Shown: positions 17,867-27,590, counted from the first letter of the stretch. The stretch: 64,000 bases of DNA from Limisphaerales bacterium (GCA_047608975.1 JBLFYM010000009.1:15826-79825), one strand, 5' to 3'. A program made the numbers and translations. Notes: generated by a model not told the origin, from the letters alone.

Positions 17867-18772
17867 ATGAATACCACGCGAAGAAACTTCCTCAGTAGAG
17901 CTGCACTTGGCACGGCCGCGCTCCCCTTTCTCACCCCGCCATCAGCAACCGCAGCTACCAAGACGAAACCACTTTTCCAGATTTCGCTCGCTCAATGGAC
18001 GCTGGTCAAAGAACTCAAGGCCGGTCGGATCGACAACCTGGAATTCGCAGAGGTCGCGAGCCGCCACCAGATCATGGCGCTGGAATACGTGAATCAGTTC
18101 TTCATGGATAAGGCGGAAAATCGCCCCTACCTGAAACAGATGAAACAACGGGCCAGCGACGCCGGCGTGAAAAGTCTGCTCATCATGTGCGATCGCGAAG
18201 GACGCATCGGAGATCCGGACGCCGCAAAGCGGAAGCAGACAGTGGAGAACCATCGCAAGTGGATCAGCGCGGCGAAATTCCTCGGTTGTCATTCCATTCG
18301 AGTGAACGCCGGAAGTTCCGGGACTTGGGACGAACAACGCGATCTGGCGGCCGACGGACTCGCCCAGCTCACGGTCCATGGTGCCGATGCGGGAATCAAT
18401 GTAATCGTGGAAAATCACGGTGGCCTGTCCAGCAATGGCAAATGGCTGGCATCGGTCATTCGGCAGGTGAATCATCCGCGCTGCGGAACGCTTCCAGATT
18501 TCGGGAATTTCAAGATCGCCAACGGGGATACCTACGACTGCTACCTGGGAGTGAAGGAACTTATGCCGTGGGCAAAAGGGGTTTCAGTCAAGGACCACGC
18601 TTGGGACGACCAAGGCAACGCGATCAAAGTCGATTTCGTGAAAATGATAGAAATCGTTTTGGAGACCGGTTTCCGAGGCTATTGCGGAATCGAATTCGGC
18701 GGCTACGCCGGTTTGAATGATTCGCGCAAGGCATTGGAAAATGCCCGCAGGGCATTGGCTGTGAAGTTTTAG
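17867..18772 (+). CDS. Tat-exported sugar phosphate isomerase/epimerase (xylose-isomerase-like TIM barrel)
   Basis: ORF 17615..18772. The internal ATG at 17867 gives MNTTRRNFLSRAALGTAALPF, a twin-arginine signal. The TIM-barrel body includes GCHSIRVNAG and VIVENHGG. Confidence 0.8.
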   Translation: MNTTRRNFLSRAALGTAALPFLTPPSATAATKTKPLFQISLAQWTLVKELKAGRIDNLEFAEVASRHQIMALEYVNQFFMDKAENRPYLKQMKQRASDAGVKSLLIMCDREGRIGDPDAAKRKQTVENHRKWISAAKFLGCHSIRVNAGSSGTWDEQRDLAADGLAQLTVHGADAGINVIVENHGGLSSNGKWLASVIRQVNHPRCGTLPDFGNFKIANGDTYDCYLGVKELMPWAKGVSVKDHAWDDQGNAIKVDFVKMIEIVLETGFRGYCGIEFGGYAGLNDSRKALENARRALAVKF

Positions 18773-18832
18773 TTTACTCCGTATCGCAGCCCGTTGGAGT
18801 TCACGCTGCGGCCAAATTCAAACGCCACCAAT

Positions 18833-20596
18833 TCAGAGTTTTGTCACGTAGGCGTAATAGGCACCGCACTTGTTGCCATCTTTGTCCGAGAACTTCGCCC
18901 ACATCTCGTCGTTGCCGGCTTCCAATTTTACCCGGAACTTTGCGTTCGTCGCACCTGCTTTGAGATTCGTGGTCAGTTCATTTCCTCCGAGAGTCAGGTG
19001 GGCCCGAACGGCCGAAAACGACTTTCCATCGTTCGCGCGATAAGCACGCGCTCCGGGAACTTGGGGGCCCGCGGGAATCGAAGCGCTGATTGCTTCGTTC
19101 AATGTCTTCGGCCAGCGGCGGAGTTCAACCTCGTAGTTACCGGTCTTGATCACCTTCACGGCCCAGAAGCCCGTGGATTTTTCCGCTGTCACCAGCTTGC
19201 GGATGTGGGCCTGATTCCACGGCGTGCTTCCGTCCGTGATCCAGTCATGTGAGGTCAGGCGAACCGGATTTGCCTTGGGGTGACCCAGATAAATCTCCGT
19301 TGTGAGTTTGAAGGACGGTTCCAGATCAGCCCACCACTTGTCATAGAAACCGGTCAGGCGCTGAACGACCTTCGGGTTCTTCTCAGCGATATTGTATCTC
19401 TGACCGGGATCGGCATCGATGTCGTACAGTTCCTTGCCATTGTTCAGGCGCCAGCGATCGGTCATGACCGCACTCTTGCGCCACTTGATCGGATCACGAA
19501 CCCGTTGGGAGTCGGTGACGAGAATCCGATCGGGCCAGTTCTTGGCCGTGCCATAGAGCAGCGACTTGATGCTGGTCCCGTCAAACTTCACGCCCTTCGG
19601 TGCGGGAACGCCGCACATGTCGATCAAGGTAGGAACGACGTCCACATACGAAGTGATCTTCTTCACATCATGGCCGCCGCCAAGTTTTCCATTGGGCCAA
19701 CTGATGAAGAACGGGACACGATGACCGCCATCATATTCGCTCCCTTTCTGCCCACGCATTCCGTCATTGAATATCTTGGCGCCACTGGAGGAGCCATTGT
19801 CCGTCGTGAAGATGAGAATGGTATCATCCTCAAGCCCGGTTTCACGGAGGAACGTCCGAAGTTTGCCGACGTTGTCGTCGATGTTCGCGATCATTCCGTA
19901 GAAGTTCGCCACGTTCACATGCAGCTGTTTGTAAGGAAGGCTGTATTTCACCGGCGAATGCATGGGGCCGTGCGGCGCGTTCATGCACAAGTAAACCAGG
20001 AACGGGTTATCCTTCTTCTGTTGTTCCTTCATGAACTTCTTAGCTTGGTTGAAGAAGACGTCCGTGCAGAAGCCCTTGGCTGGGACCGCTTTTCCGTTGA
20101 ACCAGTAAGAGCCGTCGAAATAGGCATTGTCCCAGTAGTCAGGAGTCTGTCCGACTCCGCCGCCGCCATGGCGATAGACCCATTCGAACCCGCGATCTTC
20201 CGGACGATACGGATAGTTGTCACCCAGGTGCCACTTGCCGATCATGGCGGTCGAATATCCGCCATCCTTGAAGATCTGCCCGATCGTCACTTCGTTCGCG
20301 CGCAACATCGAGCGGCCCATGATCGTATGCCAAACCCCCGTGCGATTGGTCCAATGCCCGGTGATCAACGCGGCGCGCGTGGGCGAACAGGTGGGTGCCA
20401 CATGGTAGTCTGTCAGACGAACACTCTCGTCGTGGAGCTTGTCGAGATTGGGTGTCTTCAACACCGGGTTCCCGTGACAGGAAAGATCGCCATAACCCTG
20501 ATCATCGGTGATCACGATCACGACGTTGGGTTTCTTGGCATCAACCGATCCGGCGACGCAGGCAATGGCCGTAAGGAGGGAGAGGATTTTCTTCAT
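18833..20596 (-). CDS. Formylglycine-dependent sulfatase with a C-terminal beta-sandwich extension
   Basis: Signal peptide, then PNVVIVITDDQGYGD, the signature APTCSPTRAALITGHW, and GKWHLGD. Confidence 0.9.
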   Translation of the reverse strand: MKKILSLLTAIACVAGSVDAKKPNVVIVITDDQGYGDLSCHGNPVLKTPNLDKLHDESVRLTDYHVAPTCSPTRAALITGHWTNRTGVWHTIMGRSMLRANEVTIGQIFKDGGYSTAMIGKWHLGDNYPYRPEDRGFEWVYRHGGGGVGQTPDYWDNAYFDGSYWFNGKAVPAKGFCTDVFFNQAKKFMKEQQKKDNPFLVYLCMNAPHGPMHSPVKYSLPYKQLHVNVANFYGMIANIDDNVGKLRTFLRETGLEDDTILIFTTDNGSSSGAKIFNDGMRGQKGSEYDGGHRVPFFISWPNGKLGGGHDVKKITSYVDVVPTLIDMCGVPAPKGVKFDGTSIKSLLYGTAKNWPDRILVTDSQRVRDPIKWRKSAVMTDRWRLNNGKELYDIDADPGQRYNIAEKNPKVVQRLTGFYDKWWADLEPSFKLTTEIYLGHPKANPVRLTSHDWITDGSTPWNQAHIRKLVTAEKSTGFWAVKVIKTGNYEVELRRWPKTLNEAISASIPAGPQVPGARAYRANDGKSFSAVRAHLTLGGNELTTNLKAGATNAKFRVKLEAGNDEMWAKFSDKDGNKCGAYYAYVTKL

Positions 20597-20624
20597 AAGG
20601 ATTTCTTTGAAACGGATTCGAAAT

Positions 20625-21509
20625 TCAGAACTTCACTTTCCCAAGATAACTCAGGCTCTTGGCGATCTGATCACCTGCCCAGGGAGATTCATCTTCCAGG
20701 AAATATTGTTCGACTCCGACTTCCTTCGCAGCCTTCAACACCTCAGGCCAGTTCACTTGTCCGGTGCCGATCGTGACGTCGTTCTTTACATCCGTCTTGC
20801 CCGCGAGCGATCCGGTTTCAACGCCCTGTTTGAGATCTTTCACGTGCATCAGTTTCCAACGGTCAGGGTATTTCCGCAGCAGCTTGGCCGGATCCTGTCC
20901 GGGAAACACGATCCACATGACGTCCATCTCGAAACTGACATACTCCTTCTTGCAACTTCGGATCAGCACGTCCGCCAACGTCTCGTCCCCCTGCGGTTCG
21001 AACTCAAATCCGTGGAGGTGATAGAAGAACGTCACGCCTTCCTTCGCCAAGGCCTTGCCCACCGTGTTGAAAACCCGAGCGGCCTCGCGCGTTTCCTTCA
21101 GGTCCCATTCAGCCTTATGCGCAGCCCACGCACAGCCGGCGTATTTCAATCCCAGCGCTTTGGAGTCAGCCACAACACCTGCGACGTCGTCACGTAGACG
21201 TTTGAACGGAAAATGACTGCTGACCGCCTTGAGCCCGCGCTCTGCCAGCATCTTACGAAAGACGGCCGGCTTGTGCTTGAAGGTCGTGTAGAGTTCGACG
21301 TTCTTGATGCCGTAGGCCGCGACCTTGTCCAAGGTTGCAGGAATGCCTCGCGCAGTGAAATCCGCCCGCAGACTGTACAGCTGCAAACCGATCGGTCCCT
21401 TGAAGCTTTTACCGGTGCCTGCGCCGGCAGAAAGATCCCCGGCCCCCATTCCACACGCCAAGGTGGCGACCATTGAAACAACTCTGGTGAAATTCATGGC
21501 GTGCAGCAT
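20625..21509 (-). CDS. Secreted sugar phosphate isomerase/epimerase (xylose-isomerase-like TIM barrel)
   Basis: Signal-like N-terminus. Body contains GIKNVELYTT, TFFYHLHGFEF and QYFLEDES, which are typical of the AP-endonuclease-2/xylose-isomerase-like fold. Confidence 0.75.
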   Translation of the reverse strand: MLHAMNFTRVVSMVATLACGMGAGDLSAGAGTGKSFKGPIGLQLYSLRADFTARGIPATLDKVAAYGIKNVELYTTFKHKPAVFRKMLAERGLKAVSSHFPFKRLRDDVAGVVADSKALGLKYAGCAWAAHKAEWDLKETREAARVFNTVGKALAKEGVTFFYHLHGFEFEPQGDETLADVLIRSCKKEYVSFEMDVMWIVFPGQDPAKLLRKYPDRWKLMHVKDLKQGVETGSLAGKTDVKNDVTIGTGQVNWPEVLKAAKEVGVEQYFLEDESPWAGDQIAKSLSYLGKVKF

Positions 21510-21774
21510 AAAGAAGACAATCCGGGGTGCAAGTCCTCACGCTTGCTGCTCATACGGGAGTTTGGTCAATCGCCGCTCCAGAGCCTGTTCAGCGAATCAG
21601 ACTTCCCAGGATTGCAACACGGATCGATATTGGCCACCGCGCAGATGTTGGACGCGGGGCGAAAATCCGAAGCGGGCGTCAGGGTTCCGGACTGGGCAAC
21701 GGCCCTCGATCAGATCGTCGCGCAAAGAATCGCCGACACCAGGCTTCAAACCGAAATATGGCGACTGATTCACT

Positions 21775-21802
21775 CAAGAGGGCGCTCCAAGAGGGCGCTC
21801 CA
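21775..21802. repeat. 13-bp perfect tandem duplication (caagagggcgctc x2, then a partial third copy) inside a 567-bp non-coding gap
   Basis: Read directly: ...cactCAAGAGGGCGCTCCAAGAGGGCGCTCCAtatcg... Confidence 0.9.
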
Positions 21803-22076
21803 TATCGTGATGTCGAAGCACTACCTCCGTGTTTGGTACACTATCGCTTGTGGCCGCTTGAACGAATCAGCCCACCCTAAACCGAAATTCGTTTTCGCCA
21901 TTCGATTGTGCCTGTCACTCGCGATTGCATCGGCGATCAAGCCGAATCTATCCGGACGACCAATGATTGTGTCAAAAAGACTTTTGTCCCATGGCACCAG
22001 TTATTCTTCGAGTCGTCACAAATCACGAATCAGGACCGGCAGAAGAGTCACGACAAACCCGAGCCATCTCCTCTTC

Positions 22077-23486
22077 TCAGTCTTGCTGTCCGAACTTCTT
22101 GCGCGGCATGGAGCCCCAATCCGTCCGCTTGGCAAGCGCCTGCCAGAAGCCTTGGAGACGCCACCAATTGTTCCACTGCCGGTACCCGAAGTTTTCGACC
22201 ACCGCGCAAAGCGTCAGCATGGCCAGATCCCGGGCCCGAACCGTTTTCGTGACCAACATTTCGAGGAGCAGCGAACCGGTGGAAATAAAGACACCGTAAG
22301 TCACCGTCAGAGCGGCGTAGGCGACGAAAAACTCAGTGCTCACCCGTTCATAGTACCAAGTCAGCGGAATGATGATGTAGCCGAAGAATTCAATCAGCGG
22401 CGCGATGACATCCATGAAAAAGAAGTAACCCATCCCCAACATGCCGACCCTGCCGTAAGAAGGGTTCATGATCATACCGCGATGTTTCCACATCGTTTGC
22501 AGCAACCCACGTTGCCACCGGCATCGTTGGGTCCCTAGCACCCGGTAGGAATCCGGTGCCTGTGTCCAGCAGACCGAATCGGGAACATATCGCATCTGAT
22601 AGTCTTGGCGGTTCTCGATGAAATGGCGGTGCATCTTCACCACGATTTCCATATCCTCACCCACCGTGTCCCGACTGTAACCACCAACGCTGATGGCGGC
22701 ACTCCGCTTGAATAGCCCAAACGCGCCCGAGATGATCAGCATCGCGTTCAGGCGACTCCAGGCCAGACGGGCCACCAGAAAGGCGCGTATGTACTCGATG
22801 CTTTGCAGCAGCGGAAAGACTTGCTTCGGGAGTTGCACTTCGACCACCTGACCCGAGTTTACCTTGCAGCCGTTGACGATACGCAGGCGGCCACCGACCG
22901 CCACCATCTGCTCAGGTTCCTCCACAAACGGACGCATCACCTGCAACAGCGAGTCATGATCAAGAAGCGAATCGGCATCCACCGCACAGAAAAGTGGAAA
23001 GCGACTGAGATTGATTCCGGCGTTCAAAGCATCGGCCTTGCCGCCATTGTCTTTGTCCACCACGAGCAGTCGGGGAAATTCCACACAACCATACACGGCC
23101 TGGACTTTCTCGGTCGGCACTTCCATGTGCCAGGCGCGGTTGACTTCTGTCACCCCCAACCCCGCCTTGATTTCGGCCATGGTTTCGTCCGTCGAACCAT
23201 CATTTACGACGATCACTTCGAACTCGGGATAGTGCAGCAAAAGTAATGAACGGATGTTATCGACGATCGTCTCGGCCTCGTTGTAGGCCGGCACAATGAT
23301 GGAGATTGGCAGCGAAACGCCGCTCGTGAGCATGAACCAAGGGTCCGTAAGGGGAGCCGATCGCCGATGATGCATCAGTTCGAAAAACGCCAGTATCAGC
23401 TGCAGCAGATGGATCGCACTGGTGACCAAAAGAAACGCCAGTACCGCGCCGTTGATCAGAGTGATGGCATCCCAAAAAAGATCCAT
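22077..23486 (-). CDS. Processive family-2 glycosyltransferase (PgaC/cellulose-synthase-like membrane-embedded polysaccharide synthase)
   Basis: N-terminal TM helix, IIVPAYNEAETI, VVNDGSTDET, AVDADS, the Q-x-x-R-W motif GTQRCRWQRG, and several C-terminal TM helices. Confidence 0.85.
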   Translation of the reverse strand: MDLFWDAITLINGAVLAFLLVTSAIHLLQLILAFFELMHHRRSAPLTDPWFMLTSGVSLPISIIVPAYNEAETIVDNIRSLLLLHYPEFEVIVVNDGSTDETMAEIKAGLGVTEVNRAWHMEVPTEKVQAVYGCVEFPRLLVVDKDNGGKADALNAGINLSRFPLFCAVDADSLLDHDSLLQVMRPFVEEPEQMVAVGGRLRIVNGCKVNSGQVVEVQLPKQVFPLLQSIEYIRAFLVARLAWSRLNAMLIISGAFGLFKRSAAISVGGYSRDTVGEDMEIVVKMHRHFIENRQDYQMRYVPDSVCWTQAPDSYRVLGTQRCRWQRGLLQTMWKHRGMIMNPSYGRVGMLGMGYFFFMDVIAPLIEFFGYIIIPLTWYYERVSTEFFVAYAALTVTYGVFISTGSLLLEMLVTKTVRARDLAMLTLCAVVENFGYRQWNNWWRLQGFWQALAKRTDWGSMPRKKFGQQD

Positions 23487-24655
23487 TACGCCGGGGTTGT
23501 CTCCATCAAAACCCCATGCTCCCGCAAAACGTCATTCGCGATCAATGCCGCCCGGCCGGTGATTCCAATGGCACTTTTTTTCAAGGCAGCGAACCCGGGA
23601 GGTCCCATCTTGAACAGGCTGTCCGCGGCGTAATACCGAACCCACCAGCGGTTGTCGTTCAGCAGGTCAATCAATCTGGGAATGGCCTTGGCGGCGCCCA
23701 TACGGCCGAGACACTCCGCCGCGCGCGCCCGAATTTCCCCAACCGGATCCTCGGTCGCCCGGATGAGCGCCTCGATCGAAAGCGGATCATAGAGCTGACT
23801 AAGTGCCTGCATGATCGCGAGCTGAAGCGCAATGCTCCGTCTGATGGGTTGCGGAGTATCGGCAAAACCGCGGTTCCTGGAAATGAATCGCGTCCCTTCA
23901 GTCGCCCCCAACCCAACGTCCGCATCAAGGACCGCAAGCAACGGCCTGACAGCGCGAATTTCTCCGATATAGCCCAGTGCATCCGCGGCGACGACCTTGA
24001 CACTTTCGGGCACATTGGTATCCAAAACCGCCACCAATTCTGGAACCGCCTGCTTACCGAGCGATCGAAAAATCTGCTGCACGGCAAGTGAATGACTCGG
24101 GTCCACCATCGAAAGTCTTGCAACCAATCCGGCCACCGAACTCACTGAACCGAGCTTTGCGAGCGAGCGCGCCGCTTCGATACGCACATTCACCTCCGGA
24201 TCATCCAAGGCATCCTCCAACACGTTCACCACGGTCGGATCCTTGAAATATCCCAGCACCACAGCAGACTCAGCCCGCCGCCACCATTTTGGTGAACGCA
24301 AATCCTTCAGGCTCTGTTGCTGAATGCCCAACTCCTTCATCAGGTGCACAACATTGTCGGCATACTCACCCCGGACCTTTTGAAGCAGGTCAACAAACAC
24401 CTTCGCCAAGAGGCGTTCGTCTCGCGGTTTGAGCTGTTTTTTGAAGGCAGGTATGAACTCCGGTTCTTCCAGATACTCCATCGCCACCGCAAAAAGCTCT
24501 CTTCTTCGTCCGGCATCCTGCTCGCTTCGACGTCGTTGCACAGCCTGGAGCGCGATCAGAATTACAAGTGCAACAATCGTCAACCCGGCGAGCACTGCGG
24601 AAATGTAGTGCACCAGCGAATAAAGTGTCATGTACTGCAACAGCTGTTCTGCCAT
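23486..24655 (-). CDS. Membrane-anchored HEAT-repeat protein
   Basis: N-terminal TM helix (ISAVLAGLTIVALVILIAL). Repeated HEAT/PBS-lyase-like units follow (DDPEVNVRIEAARSLAKLG, PESVKVVAADALGYIG, DPVGEIRARAAECLGRMG, NRWWVRYYAADSL). Its stop shares one nucleotide with the GT2 start (TAATG). Confidence 0.8.
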   Translation of the reverse strand: MAEQLLQYMTLYSLVHYISAVLAGLTIVALVILIALQAVQRRRSEQDAGRRRELFAVAMEYLEEPEFIPAFKKQLKPRDERLLAKVFVDLLQKVRGEYADNVVHLMKELGIQQQSLKDLRSPKWWRRAESAVVLGYFKDPTVVNVLEDALDDPEVNVRIEAARSLAKLGSVSSVAGLVARLSMVDPSHSLAVQQIFRSLGKQAVPELVAVLDTNVPESVKVVAADALGYIGEIRAVRPLLAVLDADVGLGATEGTRFISRNRGFADTPQPIRRSIALQLAIMQALSQLYDPLSIEALIRATEDPVGEIRARAAECLGRMGAAKAIPRLIDLLNDNRWWVRYYAADSLFKMGPPGFAALKKSAIGITGRAALIANDVLREHGVLMETTPA

Positions 24656-24796
24656 CTGGTTGGTCTGGGAGAATAGGCCCGCAATTCACACCCGAAAAGG
24701 ACAATTGCGCCCAGCGCTGGTGGAGATCGCCTGCCCGCAATCACGCGGAACTCTTGACTTGCCCAACAATTTGCCTTTCTACATCCTCCCCGGCGC

Positions 24797-25813
24797 ATGG
24801 CGAAGAAAGCTTTGATCACAGGTATCACCGGGCAAGATGGATCCTATCTTGCGGAATTACTGCTCTCCAAAGGATACGAGGTACACGGCATCATCCGGCG
24901 TGCCAGCACGTTCAACACGCAACGGCTTGAACCCCTTTATCACGATGATTCCGTCCCCACGGAAAACATGCAGATGCATTACGGGGATCTGTCCGATGCG
25001 AGCGGCTTGGCCCGTCTGATCGCCAAGATTGAACCGGACGAAATTTACAATCTGGCCGCGCAAAGTCATGTCCGCGTGAGTTTCGACGCCCCGGAATACA
25101 CCACCGATATCGATGCCACCGGTACGCTGCGCCTGCTTGAGGCAATTCGTGAAGAGGGTATCAACACCCGCTTCTACCAGGCGTCCTCCAGCGAAATGTA
25201 TGGCAAGGTACAGGAAGTTCCGCAGACCGAAAAAACGCCCTTCTATCCGCGCAGCCCCTACGCCTGCGCCAAGGTGTTCTCCTACTGGATCACGGTGAAC
25301 TACCGCGAATCCTATGGCATGCACGCCAGCAACGGGATTCTTTTCAACCACGAATCCCCCCGCCGGGGTGAAACGTTTGTGACCCGCAAGATCACGCGCG
25401 CCGTCTCCTACATCAAGAAAGGTCTGCAGGACAAACTCTATCTCGGCAACCTGGACTCGAAGCGCGATTGGGGTTACGCAAAGGAATACGTCGAAGCCAT
25501 GTGGCTCATGTTGCAACAGGAACAGGGCGACGACTATGTGGTTGCCACAAACGAGACCCACACAGTCCGCGAATTCCTCGAAGTCGCCTTTGGTCACGTC
25601 GGTCTGAATTATCAGGACTACGTTGAAATCGATCCCCGCTACTTCCGCCCCGCCGAGGTGGACCTGCTCATCGGTGATCCGAAGAAATGCCAGGAAAAAC
25701 TCGGCTGGGTTCCCAAAACCAAATTTGAAGACCTCACCAAGATGATGGTCGATGAAGACATGAAAACGCTGACCGATCAGCTCAGCGGCAACGTCCAGAT
25801 CCAACGCCACTGA
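24797..25813 (+). CDS. gmd: GDP-mannose 4,6-dehydratase
   Basis: [50 protein letters not shown] (YxxxK) and [16 protein letters not shown]. Confidence 0.95.
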   Translation: MAKKALITGITGQDGSYLAELLLSKGYEVHGIIRRASTFNTQRLEPLYHDDSVPTENMQMHYGDLSDASGLARLIAKIEPDEIYNLAAQSHVRVSFDAPEYTTDIDATGTLRLLEAIREEGINTRFYQASSSEMYGKVQEVPQTEKTPFYPRSPYACAKVFSYWITVNYRESYGMHASNGILFNHESPRRGETFVTRKITRAVSYIKKGLQDKLYLGNLDSKRDWGYAKEYVEAMWLMLQQEQGDDYVVATNETHTVREFLEVAFGHVGLNYQDYVEIDPRYFRPAEVDLLIGDPKKCQEKLGWVPKTKFEDLTKMMVDEDMKTLTDQLSGNVQIQRH

Positions 25814-25826
25814 CCCCCACCGCGCC

Positions 25827-26822
25827 ATGCCTCGCGCACTTATCACCGGAATCACCGGACAGGACGGCTCCTACCTTACGGAGTTACTGCTTAAACAGGG
25901 CTATCAGGTCCACGGAGTTGTGCGCCGCACAAGTTCCCTCGACCGCTCCCGGTTGCATGACCTCTATCAGGATCCCGAGGTCTACGGTAAATCGCTGTTC
26001 CTCCATTACGCTGAACTCGATGACGCCACCACCTTCCGCCGAGTGCTCGCGACCGCTGCCCCGGATGAAGTCTATCATCTGGCCGGCCAGAGCCACGTCG
26101 GACTGAGTTTCGAGATCCCCGAATCCACCTGCAAGATGACGGGTATGGCCACGCTCCGGATGCTCGAAATGATTCAGGATCTGGATAAGGTCCCACGTTT
26201 CTTTCACGCCGCCTCCAGCGAAATCTTCGGCAAACCGGTCGAGATTCCGCAGGACGAGAATACTCCCTGCAAACCGGTCAATCCCTACGGCGCCTCGAAA
26301 GCCTTTGCCACCAACATGGTCGGAATCTACCGGGATACCTTTAGCGTATTCGGCGTCAATGGGATCATGTTCAACCATGAGAGCCCCCGTCGCGGAGAGA
26401 ACTTCGTGACGCAAAAGATCTGTCGTGCCGCCGCCGCCATCAAACTTGGCAAACAGGACGAACTTCTGCTCGGCGACACCTCGGCAAAACGCGATTGGGG
26501 ACACGCCCGCGATTACGTCCGCGGAATGTGGCTCTCGCTTCAGCACGCCACGGCGGAAGATTACATTTTTGCGACGGGCCATCTGCACAGCGTGCAGGAT
26601 GTCGTCGAAACCGCCTTCAAAACGGTCAACCTCGACTCGGAGAAATACATTCGTCAGGACCAGCGCTTCATGCGCCCGGCCGAGCCGCAGCGGCTGGTCG
26701 GTAACCCTTCCAAAGCCAAACGACTGCTAAACTGGGAGCCCACAATATCATTCCATGAACTGATTGAGGAAATGACTCAGGCGGAAATGAAACGACTTCA
26801 GGGCGGGAAGGTTGAGGCCTGA
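25827..26822 (+). CDS. Second, divergent GDP-mannose 4,6-dehydratase paralogue
   Basis: [49 protein letters not shown] (YxxxK) and [16 protein letters not shown]. It lies 13 nt after gmd. Confidence 0.85.
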   Translation: MPRALITGITGQDGSYLTELLLKQGYQVHGVVRRTSSLDRSRLHDLYQDPEVYGKSLFLHYAELDDATTFRRVLATAAPDEVYHLAGQSHVGLSFEIPESTCKMTGMATLRMLEMIQDLDKVPRFFHAASSEIFGKPVEIPQDENTPCKPVNPYGASKAFATNMVGIYRDTFSVFGVNGIMFNHESPRRGENFVTQKICRAAAAIKLGKQDELLLGDTSAKRDWGHARDYVRGMWLSLQHATAEDYIFATGHLHSVQDVVETAFKTVNLDSEKYIRQDQRFMRPAEPQRLVGNPSKAKRLLNWEPTISFHELIEEMTQAEMKRLQGGKVEA

Positions 26823-26883
26823 CCGCGTTGGACCGGAGCGAGACTTTCGGCGCGTCCGGGCCATTTTGCTGACATGCCCAGTC

Positions 26884-26929
26884 CCGATCAAAGCGTGTCA
26901 GAAGCCCTCCACTGACACGCTTTGATCGG
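26884..26929. repeat. Perfect 18-bp inverted repeat with a 10-nt loop (strong hairpin); candidate terminator or operator
   Basis: CCGATCAAAGCGTGTCAG-aagccctcca-CTGACACGCTTTGATCGG, read directly. It lies 62 nt after the gmd paralogue stop and 74 nt before the ECF sigma start. There is no U-tract. Confidence 0.85.
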
Positions 26930-27002
26930 ATACAGAAATCCTGTAACCCAAACTGCCAACGTCCGTCACACTCTCGTGCGCTGGATTGGCCGGGCCATTT
27001 AG

Positions 27003-27590
27003 ATGGGCGACCACGAACTGGATGTTGCAGCCTGTTTGAAACTGGTTCGCCGGCGGGACGAAGATGCCGCTCGCGATCTCGTTGAGCATCTGTATCCGCT
27101 CGTCATTAAGATCGTGAGGGCCCGCCTGCCCCGCCGCCTTGATGAGGAAGATCTCGCACAGGACATTTTTGCCAAGATCTTTGCCAACCTCGAACAGTAT
27201 CAGGGCCGCGTTCCGTTAGAACATTGGGTCTCGCGCGTCGCGGTAACGACCTGCCTGGACAAACTCCGGATGCAGAAATGTCGCCCCGAGTGGCGCTGGG
27301 CAGACCTGTCAGAAAAGGAAGCGGATGTGCTGGACGCCGTGCTCCACACAGAGAACGAACCGCACCCGGCCCAAACCATGGGCGCGCATGAACTGGTCGA
27401 AATGCTCCTCGAGATGCTTAAGCCCGAGGACCGCATGATCATCCGGATGCTGGACCTCGAAGGTCTCAGTCTGGCCGAGATCCAGGAGCAGACCGGCTGG
27501 AACAAGACTCTGATCAAGGTGCGAGCCTTTCGCGCGCGTCGAAAAATGAAAAACTTTCTCGAAGAAATCGAGAGCCAAGAAAGAACATGA
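27003..27590 (+). CDS. ECF-type RNA polymerase sigma-70 family factor
   Basis: Region 2-like DLAQDIFAKIFANLEQYQG...EHWVSRVAVTTCLDKLR. Region 4-like MLDLEGLSLAEIQEQTGWNKTLIKVRAFRARRKM. Confidence 0.85.
   Translation: MGDHELDVAACLKLVRRRDEDAARDLVEHLYPLVIKIVRARLPRRLDEEDLAQDIFAKIFANLEQYQGRVPLEHWVSRVAVTTCLDKLRMQKCRPEWRWADLSEKEADVLDAVLHTENEPHPAQTMGAHELVEMLLEMLKPEDRMIIRMLDLEGLSLAEIQEQTGWNKTLIKVRAFRARRKMKNFLEEIESQERT

Noticed and set aside
19280-20776. 498-aa plus-strand ORF
   Set aside because: It is antisense to the well-supported sulfatase at 18833..20596 and runs into the next gene. It has no recognisable motifs.
21501-22538. 345-aa plus-strand ORF spanning the 567-bp gap and running into the GT2 gene
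   Set aside because: Its second half is antisense to the GT2 synthase. Its first half has no motifs and an Arg/Ser-rich composition. I kept the gap as a non-coding region of interest rather than calling a CDS.
24857-25855. 332-aa minus-strand ORF, and the similar 234-aa ORF at 25884..26588
   Set aside because: Both are antisense to the two gmd paralogues, which are among the most confidently identified genes in the window.
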